Source: Acidimicrobiales bacterium (lineage in GTDB: Bacteria > Actinomycetota > Acidimicrobiia > Acidimicrobiales > Bin134). From it: a DNA stretch of 64,000 nt. This document shows positions 37,009 through 45,920 of the stretch, piece after piece. The stretch's first letter is position 1; the number at the start of each line of letters is the position of its first letter. Location: assembly GCA_965208805.1 (NCBI GenBank), contig OZ242355.1, positions 3,744,878-3,808,877 of the forward strand, read 5' to 3'. Both the position numbers and the translations under genes were made by a program. The notes under the pieces were generated by a model, which made no database searches, was not told the origin of the DNA, and saw only the letters and a list, made by a program, of their open reading frames with translations.

Positions 37009-37950
37009 TCACACCCGCTCCACCCGGGTCGATCCGAACAGGCCGGTGGGCCGCACCAACAGCACCACCAAGATCACCGCCACCGCGGTGGCCAGAGCCA
37101 GCTCGCTCAGGTCCAGGAACGTCACCAGCAGGTTGCGGGCCAAACCCACCACCAATCCTCCGATCACCGCTCCCACCATGGAATCGAGCCCGCCCAGCGC
37201 GGCGGCGGCCAGCGAGAAGATCAGCACCCGCAGCATGATGGAGGGCTCGAGCAGCAGTTCGGGCACCACCAGTGCCCCGCCCAGGGTGCCGATGGCTGCG
37301 GCCAGGGCCCATCCGAACCCCAGCGTCGGCCCCACCCGGATGCCCACCAGCCGGGCCGATTCCAAATTTGACGACACCGCCCGAAACGCCAAGCCGATCT
37401 TGGTGCGCGACAGCAGCAGATACAGCAACCCCACCACCGCGAACACCGTGCCCAGGTTGCCGATGGTGCGCCAGGTGAGCTGGGCGATGCCCCACTCGAT
37501 GGGCGCCCCGCTGGGGAACATGCTGGGCAGGCTGCGGGTGCGGAACCCCCACACGATCCCCACCGCCGAGTCGATGATCAGCAGCAGTCCCAGGGTCACG
37601 ATCACCAAGGGCAGCACATGGTCGGGCGGGAACGGCCGGATGAACACCCGCTCCACAAACATCGCCACCGCCGAGCTGGCCACCATGGCGCACACCACCG
37701 CGACGGCCACCGGCAGGCCCTGCTCCACGCTGAAGACGTAGGCCAGGTACACCCCCAGAAGGGCCAGCGAACCCTGGGCGAAGTTGATGAACCCGGTCGA
37801 CTTGTAGATCATCACCAGCGCCAGCGCCATCGACGCGTAGGTGGCCCCGTCGCTCAGCCCCCTAAAGAACTGGGCCAGCCACAGCTCCCCGTTCGAAAGC
37901 TTGTCGAGGGATATATCGAACACGCCGAGCAGCGATGCAAAAACGACCAT
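37009..37950 (-). CDS. livH: LivH-type ABC permease
   Basis: 313 aa multi-TM protein. Contains GATYASMALALVMIYKSTGFINFAQG. Confidence 0.88.
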   Translation of the reverse strand: MVVFASLLGVFDISLDKLSNGELWLAQFFRGLSDGATYASMALALVMIYKSTGFINFAQGSLALLGVYLAYVFSVEQGLPVAVAVVCAMVASSAVAMFVERVFIRPFPPDHVLPLVIVTLGLLLIIDSAVGIVWGFRTRSLPSMFPSGAPIEWGIAQLTWRTIGNLGTVFAVVGLLYLLLSRTKIGLAFRAVSSNLESARLVGIRVGPTLGFGWALAAAIGTLGGALVVPELLLEPSIMLRVLIFSLAAAALGGLDSMVGAVIGGLVVGLARNLLVTFLDLSELALATAVAVILVVLLVRPTGLFGSTRVERV

Positions 37951-37953
37951 CGC

Positions 37954-38667
37954 CTAATACCCCAGGTACGCCCGGCGGACGTTGTCGTCGGCGGCCAGCT
38001 CGTCGGCGGGACCCGACAGCGCCACCTCCCCAGCCTCCAGCACATAGGCCACATCGGCCACCCCCAGCGCCAGGCTGGCGTTTTGCTCCACCACCAGCAT
38101 GGTGGTGCCGGCGGCGGTGTTGATGGCGGTGAGCTGCTCGAACAATGCCCGGGTGATCATCGGCGCCAACCCCAGCGACGGCTCGTCCAACAGCAACAGC
38201 GACGGCCGCAGCATCAGCGCCCGGGCGATGGCCAGCATCTGCTGCTCACCCCCGCTCAGGCTGCCCGCCGTCTGCGCACGCCGCTCGCCCAGCACCGGGA
38301 ACGTCTCAAACCACTGCTCCATGTCAGAGCGCACATCGGTGTCGGAGCGCACATAGGCCCCCGCCATCAGATTCTCCTCCACGCTCAGGTCGGGAAACGT
38401 CCCCCGCCCCTGGGGCACATGGGCCACCCCCCGGCGCACGATGTCGGCGGTGCGCTGCCCCGACAGCTCCTCTCCCGCCAGCCGCACCGAGCCCTCGGTG
38501 CTCACCATGGCGCACAGCGCTCGCAGCGTGGTGGTCTTGCCCGCCCCGTTGGCCCCCAAGATCACCGCGATCTGCCCCTCATCCACCGAGAAGTCGATGC
38601 CGTGCAGCACCTGGATGTCGCCGTAGGCCGCCTTCAGCCCCCGCACCTCCAAATACGGCCCGCTCAT
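37954..38667 (-). CDS. livF: ABC ATP-binding protein (LivF-type)
   Basis: Walker A GANGAGKTT, signature LSGGEQQMLAIARAL and Walker B LLLLDEP. Confidence 0.9.
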   Translation of the reverse strand: MSGPYLEVRGLKAAYGDIQVLHGIDFSVDEGQIAVILGANGAGKTTTLRALCAMVSTEGSVRLAGEELSGQRTADIVRRGVAHVPQGRGTFPDLSVEENLMAGAYVRSDTDVRSDMEQWFETFPVLGERRAQTAGSLSGGEQQMLAIARALMLRPSLLLLDEPSLGLAPMITRALFEQLTAINTAAGTTMLVVEQNASLALGVADVAYVLEAGEVALSGPADELAADDNVRRAYLGY

Positions 38668-39425
38668 TGCTCGGCCCCCAGGTAGGCCTCAACCACCGCT
38701 GGGTCGTTCTGCACCTCGGCGGGGGTCCCCTCAGCGATCTTGGCCCCGAAGTCCAGCACCACCACCTTGTCGGACACCCCCATAACCATCCCCATGTGGT
38801 GCTCCACCAAAAGAAGCGTCAGCGAGTGCCGCTGGGCCAGCGCCACCAGCAAATCGGCCAGCTCGCCCACCTCGGTCTGGGTCAGCCCGGTGGCCGGCTC
38901 GTCCAGCATCAGCAGCCGGGGCCGGCCCACCAGCGCCCGGGCCAGCTCCACCCGCTTCAGGGTGCCGAATGGCAGCCCCGCCGCGGGGTGGAAGGCCACT
39001 TCGGTGAGCGACAGCTCTTCCAGTGCATCCCACGCGGTTTGGGCCAGTGAGGCCTCCTCCCAGCCCGATCCCCACCGCAGCGCAGCCCGCAGCGCGCCGA
39101 TGCTGGAGCGGTGGTGGGCGCCCACCATCACGTTCTGCATCACGGTCATGCCCGGCCAAAGCGCCAGGTTCTGAAACGTGCGCCCGATGCCCAGCCCGCT
39201 GATGGCGTGGGCCGGGCGGGCCAACAGATCGGCCCCGTCAAAGCCCACCGCCCCCTCCTGCGCGTCGTACACCCGGCTCACCACGTTGAACAGGGTGGTC
39301 TTGCCCGCCCCGTTGGGCCCGATCAGCCCGCAGATGCTGCCCTCGTCCACGGTGAACGACAGTTCCCGCAGGGCGGTAACCCCCCCAAACCGCACCGTGA
39401 CCCCCGCCACATCCAACAAGGCCAT
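38664..39425 (-). CDS. livG: ABC ATP-binding protein (LivG-type)
   Basis: Walker A GPNGAGKTT, LPFGTLKRVELARAL and Walker B LLMLDEP. Confidence 0.9.
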   Translation of the reverse strand: MALLDVAGVTVRFGGVTALRELSFTVDEGSICGLIGPNGAGKTTLFNVVSRVYDAQEGAVGFDGADLLARPAHAISGLGIGRTFQNLALWPGMTVMQNVMVGAHHRSSIGALRAALRWGSGWEEASLAQTAWDALEELSLTEVAFHPAAGLPFGTLKRVELARALVGRPRLLMLDEPATGLTQTEVGELADLLVALAQRHSLTLLLVEHHMGMVMGVSDKVVVLDFGAKIAEGTPAEVQNDPAVVEAYLGAEQ

Positions 39426-39470
39426 AACTCCCCCGACCCTACTGCTCCCGGTGTGACCAACCGGGAAGGC

Positions 39471-39719
39471 TCACCCCCCGATGAGGCTGGCGATGGCCCA
39501 GATCACGATCACCAGGCCCACCACGATCATCACCACGCTGCGCCCCACCTTCGGGGTCGCCCGTTCGTCGGGGGCACCCGGCGGGGGAGGGATGTCGGGC
39601 CGACCTGTCCGGCCCTTCCGAGGGCCGTCAGGATTGATCAGTGCGGCGATGTTCCCCACCGCCAGCGCACCCCCCAGCGCCAGCAACAAGAACGTGATGA
39701 TCTCCGGCCCGCCCAGCAC
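39471..39719 (-). CDS. Small two-TM membrane protein (hypothetical)
   Basis: 82 aa with hydrophobic N- and C-terminal segments flanking a Pro/Arg-rich loop. Confidence 0.45.
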   Translation of the reverse strand: MLGGPEIITFLLLALGGALAVGNIAALINPDGPRKGRTGRPDIPPPPGAPDERATPKVGRSVVMIVVGLVIVIWAIASLIGG

Positions 39720-39752
39720 CCTCCCAGTCTCGCGCCCCGTGCGCTGCGCCTC

Positions 39753-40322
39753 TTACATGGGGCGGTGCACCGACACGGCGTAGTCACCGCCCGCCCAGGG
39801 TCCTCGCTCCCAAGTCGAGTACCGCTCCGCCAGGGCCAATCCTGCTGCCTCGCAGTCGGCGTCATAACGATCCAGCCCATAGCCCCCGGCCCGCAGCTGG
39901 AACCCGGCCACCAGGGCACTGCCGGGGGAGAGGTGGGCGGCGCAGCGCCCCACCACCGCGGCCTCAGTGCCCGGCCCAGTGAACAGCAGCACGTTCCCCG
40001 CCATCACCACCGCGTCAAAGGTCTCGCCCAAATCAAAAGTCGACAAGTCAAGCTGATGCCATCCCAGCTCCGGCGCCTTGGCCCGAGCCCCGGAGATCAT
40101 CTCGTCGTCGATGTCCACCCCGGCCACGTCGTAACCCCGCCGGGCCAGCTCAATAGCCACCCGCCCCGTCCCGCACCCCGCATCAAGAACCCGCCCCGCC
40201 CCACCCAACAGCGAGTCCACAAAGTCAGCCTCCCCATGGGGGTTGTGCCCCTCCGCCTCCAACCGCTCCCACCGGGCGTCATAATCCCGCCCCGACATCC
40301 GCCCACCCCAAGTCGATCCCAC
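39753..40322 (-). CDS. Class I SAM-dependent methyltransferase
   Basis: 189 aa. Motif I VLDAGCGTGRVAIELARRG, then DVAGVDID. Confidence 0.85.
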   Translation of the reverse strand: MGSTWGGRMSGRDYDARWERLEAEGHNPHGEADFVDSLLGGAGRVLDAGCGTGRVAIELARRGYDVAGVDIDDEMISGARAKAPELGWHQLDLSTFDLGETFDAVVMAGNVLLFTGPGTEAAVVGRCAAHLSPGSALVAGFQLRAGGYGLDRYDADCEAAGLALAERYSTWERGPWAGGDYAVSVHRPM

Positions 40323-40393
40323 CCGCCGAGCATGTCACAGCCTTCCTAGGAAAGCGCACGAAGCTCCCGACCGATGCTCTGAGCAACGTAGAA

Positions 40394-41629
40394 TTGCCTC
40401 TAGTAAAGGTGGGGCGGTCTGGAATATTGTCGGCAGGCACCAGCCATGACGCTCAGGAAGGGGTATGCGTGGAGCGAGTTGAACCGGCGAGCTGTCTCAC
40501 CTCATGGAATCCAGATGGTTTGGCTCGGCTCGCCTCTCATCTGGCTGAAGCCGAAAGCAAAGGCTGTCCTTGCACACTTGACCTGTCCGATGAGGCTATT
40601 GCTGGCAGTTCTAGCCCCGCGGCAGTGCGACTCGATATCCCCTCGGTGATGGTCGCTGCCAATCTTCTGGTAGGACGATTTCAGGACCTGCCGGTGGAAG
40701 TGCAGCTTCCCTGTTCAAATGGACTCAACCTCCAATTGGCACGTGGTGGCCTTTTCTTTGCCTTGGCAAAGCGTGAAGGGAGGGTCGCCTGGTCAGGTGG
40801 TGCTCCAGAGGCGTGGGAGAAGGTCGCTCGAACTTGGATCCAGCCGTTTCACCCGAATGATGAGGCGATGTACCGGAATGCCTTGGTGGATGTCCGGGAC
40901 GTGGAGCGGGAACCCTGGGTTGTTCGTGCTGCGTTCCAACGGTATCTCCTCTCGGTAATCCATCCGCATCTCAGACCGGCGTACTCCCTACGCGCTGACC
41001 TTGATGAGATCGCGCAGAGATGGCTCAGCATGAGGCTGGACATCCCTCAGGGTTCCAAGCTTGTCAGCACTCTGAGGGACTGTGCAGCGATCTTCTATGA
41101 AATATGCGTGAACGTTCCCGACCATGCTGGTCTTGGTGGTAATTCCTCAGGAGTTTCGCTTGGCCAGATATACGTGACCCTCGGTGGAGGGCGCGACAGC
41201 TACAACCGGCTTCACATGTCAGTGGCGGACAACGGAGTCGGGCTGCCTCAGCGGGTGAACGAAAGGTACCCCAAGCTTATTCGGACCTCCGAGCAGGCTT
41301 TGTTGGACGCGATCATGGGCAATTTGCCTCGACGAGAGGCTGGCCGCGGTGTGGGCCTCGGCTTGGTCCGCGAGATCGCGGACCAATATGCCCAGGGTGA
41401 ACGTGATGTCGGTGGTCCTAGCAGCATCCACATCATCACCAATGGTGACGACGAGCACTCGACTTCTGAGATTCGCTGGGAAGCCGGTGCCGATCCCGCA
41501 GTAGCTGGGGTGAGGGATCTTCCAGTGCAAGGCACCCTCGTATGGGTCTGCTTGGGTCTCGAACGCAGAACTCCGTTTGACGACTACCACCAGGCCGAGT
41601 TGACCTTCGCCGAGCCGGTATTCGGGTAA
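40394..41629 (+). CDS. Stand-alone GHKL (histidine-kinase-type HATPase_c) ATPase with an uncharacterised N-terminal half
   Basis: 411 aa with a TTG start (start uncertain). N-box FYEICVNVPDHA, G1 VADNGVGLP and G2 GRGVGLGLVREI all lie in the C-terminal third. No TM segment or His-phosphoacceptor (DHp) motif was seen. Confidence 0.6.
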   Translation: MPLVKVGRSGILSAGTSHDAQEGVCVERVEPASCLTSWNPDGLARLASHLAEAESKGCPCTLDLSDEAIAGSSSPAAVRLDIPSVMVAANLLVGRFQDLPVEVQLPCSNGLNLQLARGGLFFALAKREGRVAWSGGAPEAWEKVARTWIQPFHPNDEAMYRNALVDVRDVEREPWVVRAAFQRYLLSVIHPHLRPAYSLRADLDEIAQRWLSMRLDIPQGSKLVSTLRDCAAIFYEICVNVPDHAGLGGNSSGVSLGQIYVTLGGGRDSYNRLHMSVADNGVGLPQRVNERYPKLIRTSEQALLDAIMGNLPRREAGRGVGLGLVREIADQYAQGERDVGGPSSIHIITNGDDEHSTSEIRWEAGADPAVAGVRDLPVQGTLVWVCLGLERRTPFDDYHQAELTFAEPVFG

Positions 41630-41639
41630 GCCCCAAAAT

Positions 41640-44168
41640 ATGGCGGACCGGACCGGAAGATATCTACGCGCCGACGTTGACCTCTCACCAGAGGAAATAT
41701 CTGGCGAAGAGCCGATTGTTTCCCATGATGACAGCGAGACACTTGATCTCACGTTCGTCGATCTGCATGTTCGCTCGCTCGCGGACCCAAGTGACAATTG
41801 GAGACGTGAGATCGAGAGGCTGACAAACGCCGTTCAGCATCGCTTGCAGCAGGTCTCTGCAATCGATCGGCTACTTTTCCGGTGGCCTTGGCTCGCTGGT
41901 CCCGATGACGATGACCATGCTGAAATGGTCGAACAATGGCTTGACCGTCTTCAGGAGGTCATCCCTGGAGCATCTGCTCCGATTGGGAATGCACACATCG
42001 GCGTGATCCAGCATCGGGTAGCTGGTGATCCTTTGCTGCATTGCGCTGGTGAGGCTCCGAGCCATGCCGAAGAAACCGCACTTCTTGCCCATGCCCGCGC
42101 CGTAGAGTTGCGGGCGCTACTGCGTCGCAGCAATGCCATTTGGGCACCCGACAGTTACCACTACCGGCTTCCCAGCGGAGAGCACACCGATGTTTTTGTC
42201 CGCATTGCTGATGCCATCCAGAGCCCAAGGGATGCCTATGTGATTTCTTGCTGGCTGACCGACCGGCTCTCCGAAGGCATCGGGATCGTGATTGATACAG
42301 GTGGCCTAACTCCCGTGTTGATCCAGATCGAGAGTTTTCTCGCTCGCTTTGGCCGAGAAATTGGTCCGACTGCCATCCTCGATTCGTACCCATCTGGTCG
42401 TGCAACGGTGCGCCGCACTGTCGAGAGGGCTACACGGCCGCTCGTGTCTCACGTTATGGGCATACAAACAGTCAGTTCGTCAGGAAATCTGCTGAGGACC
42501 TTCACCGACGAACTTGAGTGGGTGTCCGATTCCCGTGGTTTGAACTACACGCTTGATGTGTTAGTCAACCGGCAAGAGCAAGATGAAGACTGCACCAGGT
42601 TTTCTCCATGCGAAGAAGAGAGGACGGTCACATGGCTTGGGCTGGGGCAAGCCACCGAAGACAGATCGCCTGGTTCGTGCGAGTTATGCAGAGATCCCCA
42701 GAAGGCTCAATATGTTGCAGTCGACCCGAGAACGTACGGAGAGATGGCCCTCCCTGCCCCCCACCTAGTCATGCCTGACATTCGGTACGCAAGCGAAGCC
42801 CAACTGTTTTGGGAGCGGGTCGCCAGCCGTAAGGCACGGGCGATCGAAGCCAATCCCCACCCACGCAGTCGGGTCGCTAGGGGGAGGCAAGTCGCATTGC
42901 CAGTTCGCCCGATCTTCGAACTGATCGCCGAATCCGACGGTCTTCAGGAGATGGTTGAGCAGCGCTTGCGGCAGTTTGAGCCAGATGATGAAGCCATAGA
43001 GCGCATCAGGCGCACTGGCCTAGTCGTTGCCTCGGCCTATGACTTCGCAACCACGGAGCGGCCGAAAGCTGCTGGGGGAGGTGAGGCCGACCTCAAATCT
43101 GGCTTGCGTTCGGTGCTGAATGGCCTTGGCTTGGACCCCTCAGTGCCCATAGTGGCTGATGATGATCCAGCGCTGTCCAGCAAAATTGAAGAACTCAGTG
43201 GCGACGAGGCAGTCCTCCTGTTCTCGTGGGGATCGGTCACTGGGCTGACCCTGCGCCGTCTCAAGCTCTCCTTGGCCGATGCTCTTCAAAGTCAGCGTAG
43301 AAACCGGTCCGTGAACGGACTGGTGTTCCACAGTCGTCCCAGCACGCCTCAAGAGTGGACCGCGCTACAAAATCAATTTCGTCCAGATGTTCTGATGGAC
43401 CTCTGGACGAGCTGCTTTTCTTGGGAATCGCCGCTGGCCGATGAGCGTCGCTTGCTTGACCGCTCGGCACTTGATCCGAATCAACTAACTGCTTCAGCCC
43501 AATCATTTCTGGATCACCGAAAACGATTTCTGAATCTGCACCAAGACCACATGAACGCTGACGACGACTGGTCACCACGATTCGAGGCCGAGGGCGGTGC
43601 ACCCCACCCTGAACACATTTTTTGGGGGATGTCACACGACGGTCTTCATCAGCAGGAGGTTCGCGGTCGATCCCTGTACGGCAAAGACCTTGACTGCCTA
43701 ACCGCATACGCGGCCATCGGTGCCGTCGTTAACTTCACGAGACTCAACGAACGTCCCGAAGCGGCGCCTCGCTGGGTGGTGTTCGATCTCGGTCGGCTGG
43801 TGCGCTCCTACTTTGATGCCATCATCACCTGTTCCGTGATCCGATGGCTTCGACCGGGCGAGCTCTGGTGGGGGGCGGAAACAGATGACCCTGACTCGGT
43901 GCGTGATTCGGTGGCCTATCTTCTGGACCAGATCACCTATCGCACAGAAGGAGGGCAACTCGCCGACGGTGGGGTTGAAGAACAGGTGCTGCTTGTTCCC
44001 GAATTGCTGTTGGCGTGTGTACAGGGCAAAGTTCCCAAGAGTGCGCATAACCTCGTTTGCAGGAAGGCAAGAGAGATTTCAAATGGATGGCCGGACAATG
44101 AGTCCTTCAATCTCGCTCATGGCGCTGTTGATGTCGGTCTAGCCCTTCTGGAAGCCGACCAAACCTAG
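41640..44168 (+). CDS. Large uncharacterised protein with two degenerate phosphoribosyltransferase-like motifs and a CxxC element
   Basis: 842 aa, starting 10 bp after the GHKL gene. YRLPSGEHTDVFVRIADAI...GIGIVIDTGGLTPVL...VMGIQTVSSSGNLL resembles a type I PRTase core without the acidic pair. Also contains GSCELCRD and a second AVLLFSWGSVTGLTL. Confidence 0.5.
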   Translation: MADRTGRYLRADVDLSPEEISGEEPIVSHDDSETLDLTFVDLHVRSLADPSDNWRREIERLTNAVQHRLQQVSAIDRLLFRWPWLAGPDDDDHAEMVEQWLDRLQEVIPGASAPIGNAHIGVIQHRVAGDPLLHCAGEAPSHAEETALLAHARAVELRALLRRSNAIWAPDSYHYRLPSGEHTDVFVRIADAIQSPRDAYVISCWLTDRLSEGIGIVIDTGGLTPVLIQIESFLARFGREIGPTAILDSYPSGRATVRRTVERATRPLVSHVMGIQTVSSSGNLLRTFTDELEWVSDSRGLNYTLDVLVNRQEQDEDCTRFSPCEEERTVTWLGLGQATEDRSPGSCELCRDPQKAQYVAVDPRTYGEMALPAPHLVMPDIRYASEAQLFWERVASRKARAIEANPHPRSRVARGRQVALPVRPIFELIAESDGLQEMVEQRLRQFEPDDEAIERIRRTGLVVASAYDFATTERPKAAGGGEADLKSGLRSVLNGLGLDPSVPIVADDDPALSSKIEELSGDEAVLLFSWGSVTGLTLRRLKLSLADALQSQRRNRSVNGLVFHSRPSTPQEWTALQNQFRPDVLMDLWTSCFSWESPLADERRLLDRSALDPNQLTASAQSFLDHRKRFLNLHQDHMNADDDWSPRFEAEGGAPHPEHIFWGMSHDGLHQQEVRGRSLYGKDLDCLTAYAAIGAVVNFTRLNERPEAAPRWVVFDLGRLVRSYFDAIITCSVIRWLRPGELWWGAETDDPDSVRDSVAYLLDQITYRTEGGQLADGGVEEQVLLVPELLLACVQGKVPKSAHNLVCRKAREISNGWPDNESFNLAHGAVDVGLALLEADQT

Positions 44169-44249
44169 AAGCTGCAAGTTCCTGCACTAGCCCTAAGCCC
44201 TGCCTGACGCCTGCCAACGTCAGCCCACTGACCGGGACCAGCTTGCCGG

Positions 44250-44510
44250 TCATGGGGGTGGGGTGAGGTGAATGCCTTTCATGGGGGGAATATCGTCGTC
44301 GCCTTCGGCGAGTTTGATGGCAGCCCAGTCGCGCAAGACTGATTCCAGTTCGGCGAGAGCCTCTTCCTTGGATTCCCCGAATGCCCAAGGACCTTTAAGC
44401 CCAGAAATTGTCGCCACAACACCGTCGGGGTCCTGGATTTGCTCAACAGTGGCATAAGAGACAGCAGCCTCTGCCCATCGGTCGATTATCGCTTCCATCT
44501 GAACTCCCAC
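44250..44510 (-). CDS. hicB: HicB-family (UPF0150) antitoxin-like protein
   Basis: 86 aa (or 82 from ATG 44498). VATISGLKGPWAFGESKEEALAELESVLRDW is the typical HicB N-domain pattern. Confidence 0.65.
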   Translation of the reverse strand: MGVQMEAIIDRWAEAAVSYATVEQIQDPDGVVATISGLKGPWAFGESKEEALAELESVLRDWAAIKLAEGDDDIPPMKGIHLTPPP

Positions 44511-44537
44511 CCGCCGAGCTTGTCACATGCCGCTGAG

Positions 44538-45359
44538 ATGTCGCGGCAGCAACTGAATCCTATTGTAGTTGCGTTTTGGTTGCGATATCCTGGCGATGTG
44601 CTCTACCTCGAAGATCTGCTGGAAACGGATCTCTCCACCGCATCAGCAAGGGCCGCCCAGGAGATACCCGATATCGTCGCCGCGCTCGATCAACTCGTTC
44701 CGCGAGTCCAGAGCTCGCACAACTTGGCAACGGTTCGTCGATTCGACTCCTACATCGACATGGCTGCGCAATGGCTGGCCAACCTGCAAGCACGCCGGCC
44801 CGAGGCCCTTCCCCCTCGCTTCTTCCTGTATGAGCAGCTTCGGAAAACCACAGACACGCTGCCGTGGGTAATCCCATCAGCCGACGGGCTCGGGGTGGCC
44901 ACTGCGCTGGTCGACAAGTTGAGGGGTCTCGCCGGCGGGCTGCATCAGGAGTGCCTGCGGCCCCGCGACGATATTGACGAGTATTTCTTCTCTCGCTTCT
45001 GCAAGGCCCTAGCCCAAGCGCAACAGGACCAAGAGGGCAGCGAGCCATTGCGGCGGACTATGGAAATCCTCAATCTGTCGAAGAGCGATGTGGGCCACCT
45101 CATGGGAGTCAGCCGCCAGGCAGTCGACAAGTGGCTCCTCGCTGGTCCTCCCGCTGATCGAGCCCCGAAGATCGGCGCCATTGCCGAACTCGCCGCCATT
45201 CTTCGGTACCGCCTTCTCCCCGGCCTGCCCGAAGAAGTTGTGCGACGGCCAGCCGAAGCCTACGAAGGGCGCACCATGCTCGAGTTGATCGCCAACGACG
45301 AGCACGAATGGCTGCTGCAATCGACCAAGGACAGCTTCGACTTCAGCCGGGTCGCCTGA
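44538..45359 (+). CDS. Xre-type HTH antitoxin with a C-terminal MbcA/ParS (DUF2384-like) toxin-binding domain
   Basis: ATG at 44538 lies in track ORF 44439..45359. HTH LSKSDVGHLMGVSRQAVDKWLL. C-terminal RPAEAYEGRTMLELIANDEHEWLL. Sits immediately upstream of the RES gene. Confidence 0.7.
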   Translation: MSRQQLNPIVVAFWLRYPGDVLYLEDLLETDLSTASARAAQEIPDIVAALDQLVPRVQSSHNLATVRRFDSYIDMAAQWLANLQARRPEALPPRFFLYEQLRKTTDTLPWVIPSADGLGVATALVDKLRGLAGGLHQECLRPRDDIDEYFFSRFCKALAQAQQDQEGSEPLRRTMEILNLSKSDVGHLMGVSRQAVDKWLLAGPPADRAPKIGAIAELAAILRYRLLPGLPEEVVRRPAEAYEGRTMLELIANDEHEWLLQSTKDSFDFSRVA

Positions 45360-45361
45360 CC

Positions 45362-45871
45362 GTGCAAATCACTCCGATAGGCGGCCAGTATTTCCGCGTC
45401 GCCGACCCAGAGTGGGCCGACCCCCTCGACCCATCATTTTCGTCGCGTCCCCCTGGACAGCGATGGAACCCGCCGGGTATTCCCTGCCTCTACTTGAACC
45501 ACGATGTGGACACTGCCCGGGCCAACGTTCGCCGACTATTCGAAGGCTTGCCCTTCAGCCCTGAATCCCTTGACCCGGCCACCGCACCTCAACTCGTCGA
45601 GGTGAATATCCCCTCGGGACAAGCCGCCGACGCCCACACCCCCCAGGGTCTCGCCTCCATAGGCCTGCCCGCCTCCTACCCCTACGACGCCAATGGAGCC
45701 CTCGTCACCCACGAGATTTGCCAACCAATTGGCCAAGCCGCCTTCGACGCCAACCTCGACGGCATCGACTACCGCTCAGCCGCCCCCGGCGGTACCCGCG
45801 AGCTGGCCTGGTTCCCCCGCAGTTCTCAATCCACCCCAACATCACTCCGCCACTTCGACCAATGGTGGTAA
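45362..45871 (+). CDS. RES-domain toxin (MbcT/Res family)
   Basis: GTG at 45362 lies 3 nt after the antitoxin stop; the track ORF starts at 45308. Contains QRWNPPGIPCLYL and GIDYRSAA, which hold the R and S of the RES signature. Confidence 0.8.
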   Translation: MQITPIGGQYFRVADPEWADPLDPSFSSRPPGQRWNPPGIPCLYLNHDVDTARANVRRLFEGLPFSPESLDPATAPQLVEVNIPSGQAADAHTPQGLASIGLPASYPYDANGALVTHEICQPIGQAAFDANLDGIDYRSAAPGGTRELAWFPRSSQSTPTSLRHFDQWW

Positions 45872-45920
45872 CAAGAACCACCCGATAAGCGCTGTCACAG
45901 GGGGCCGGTAGTCTGACGCC

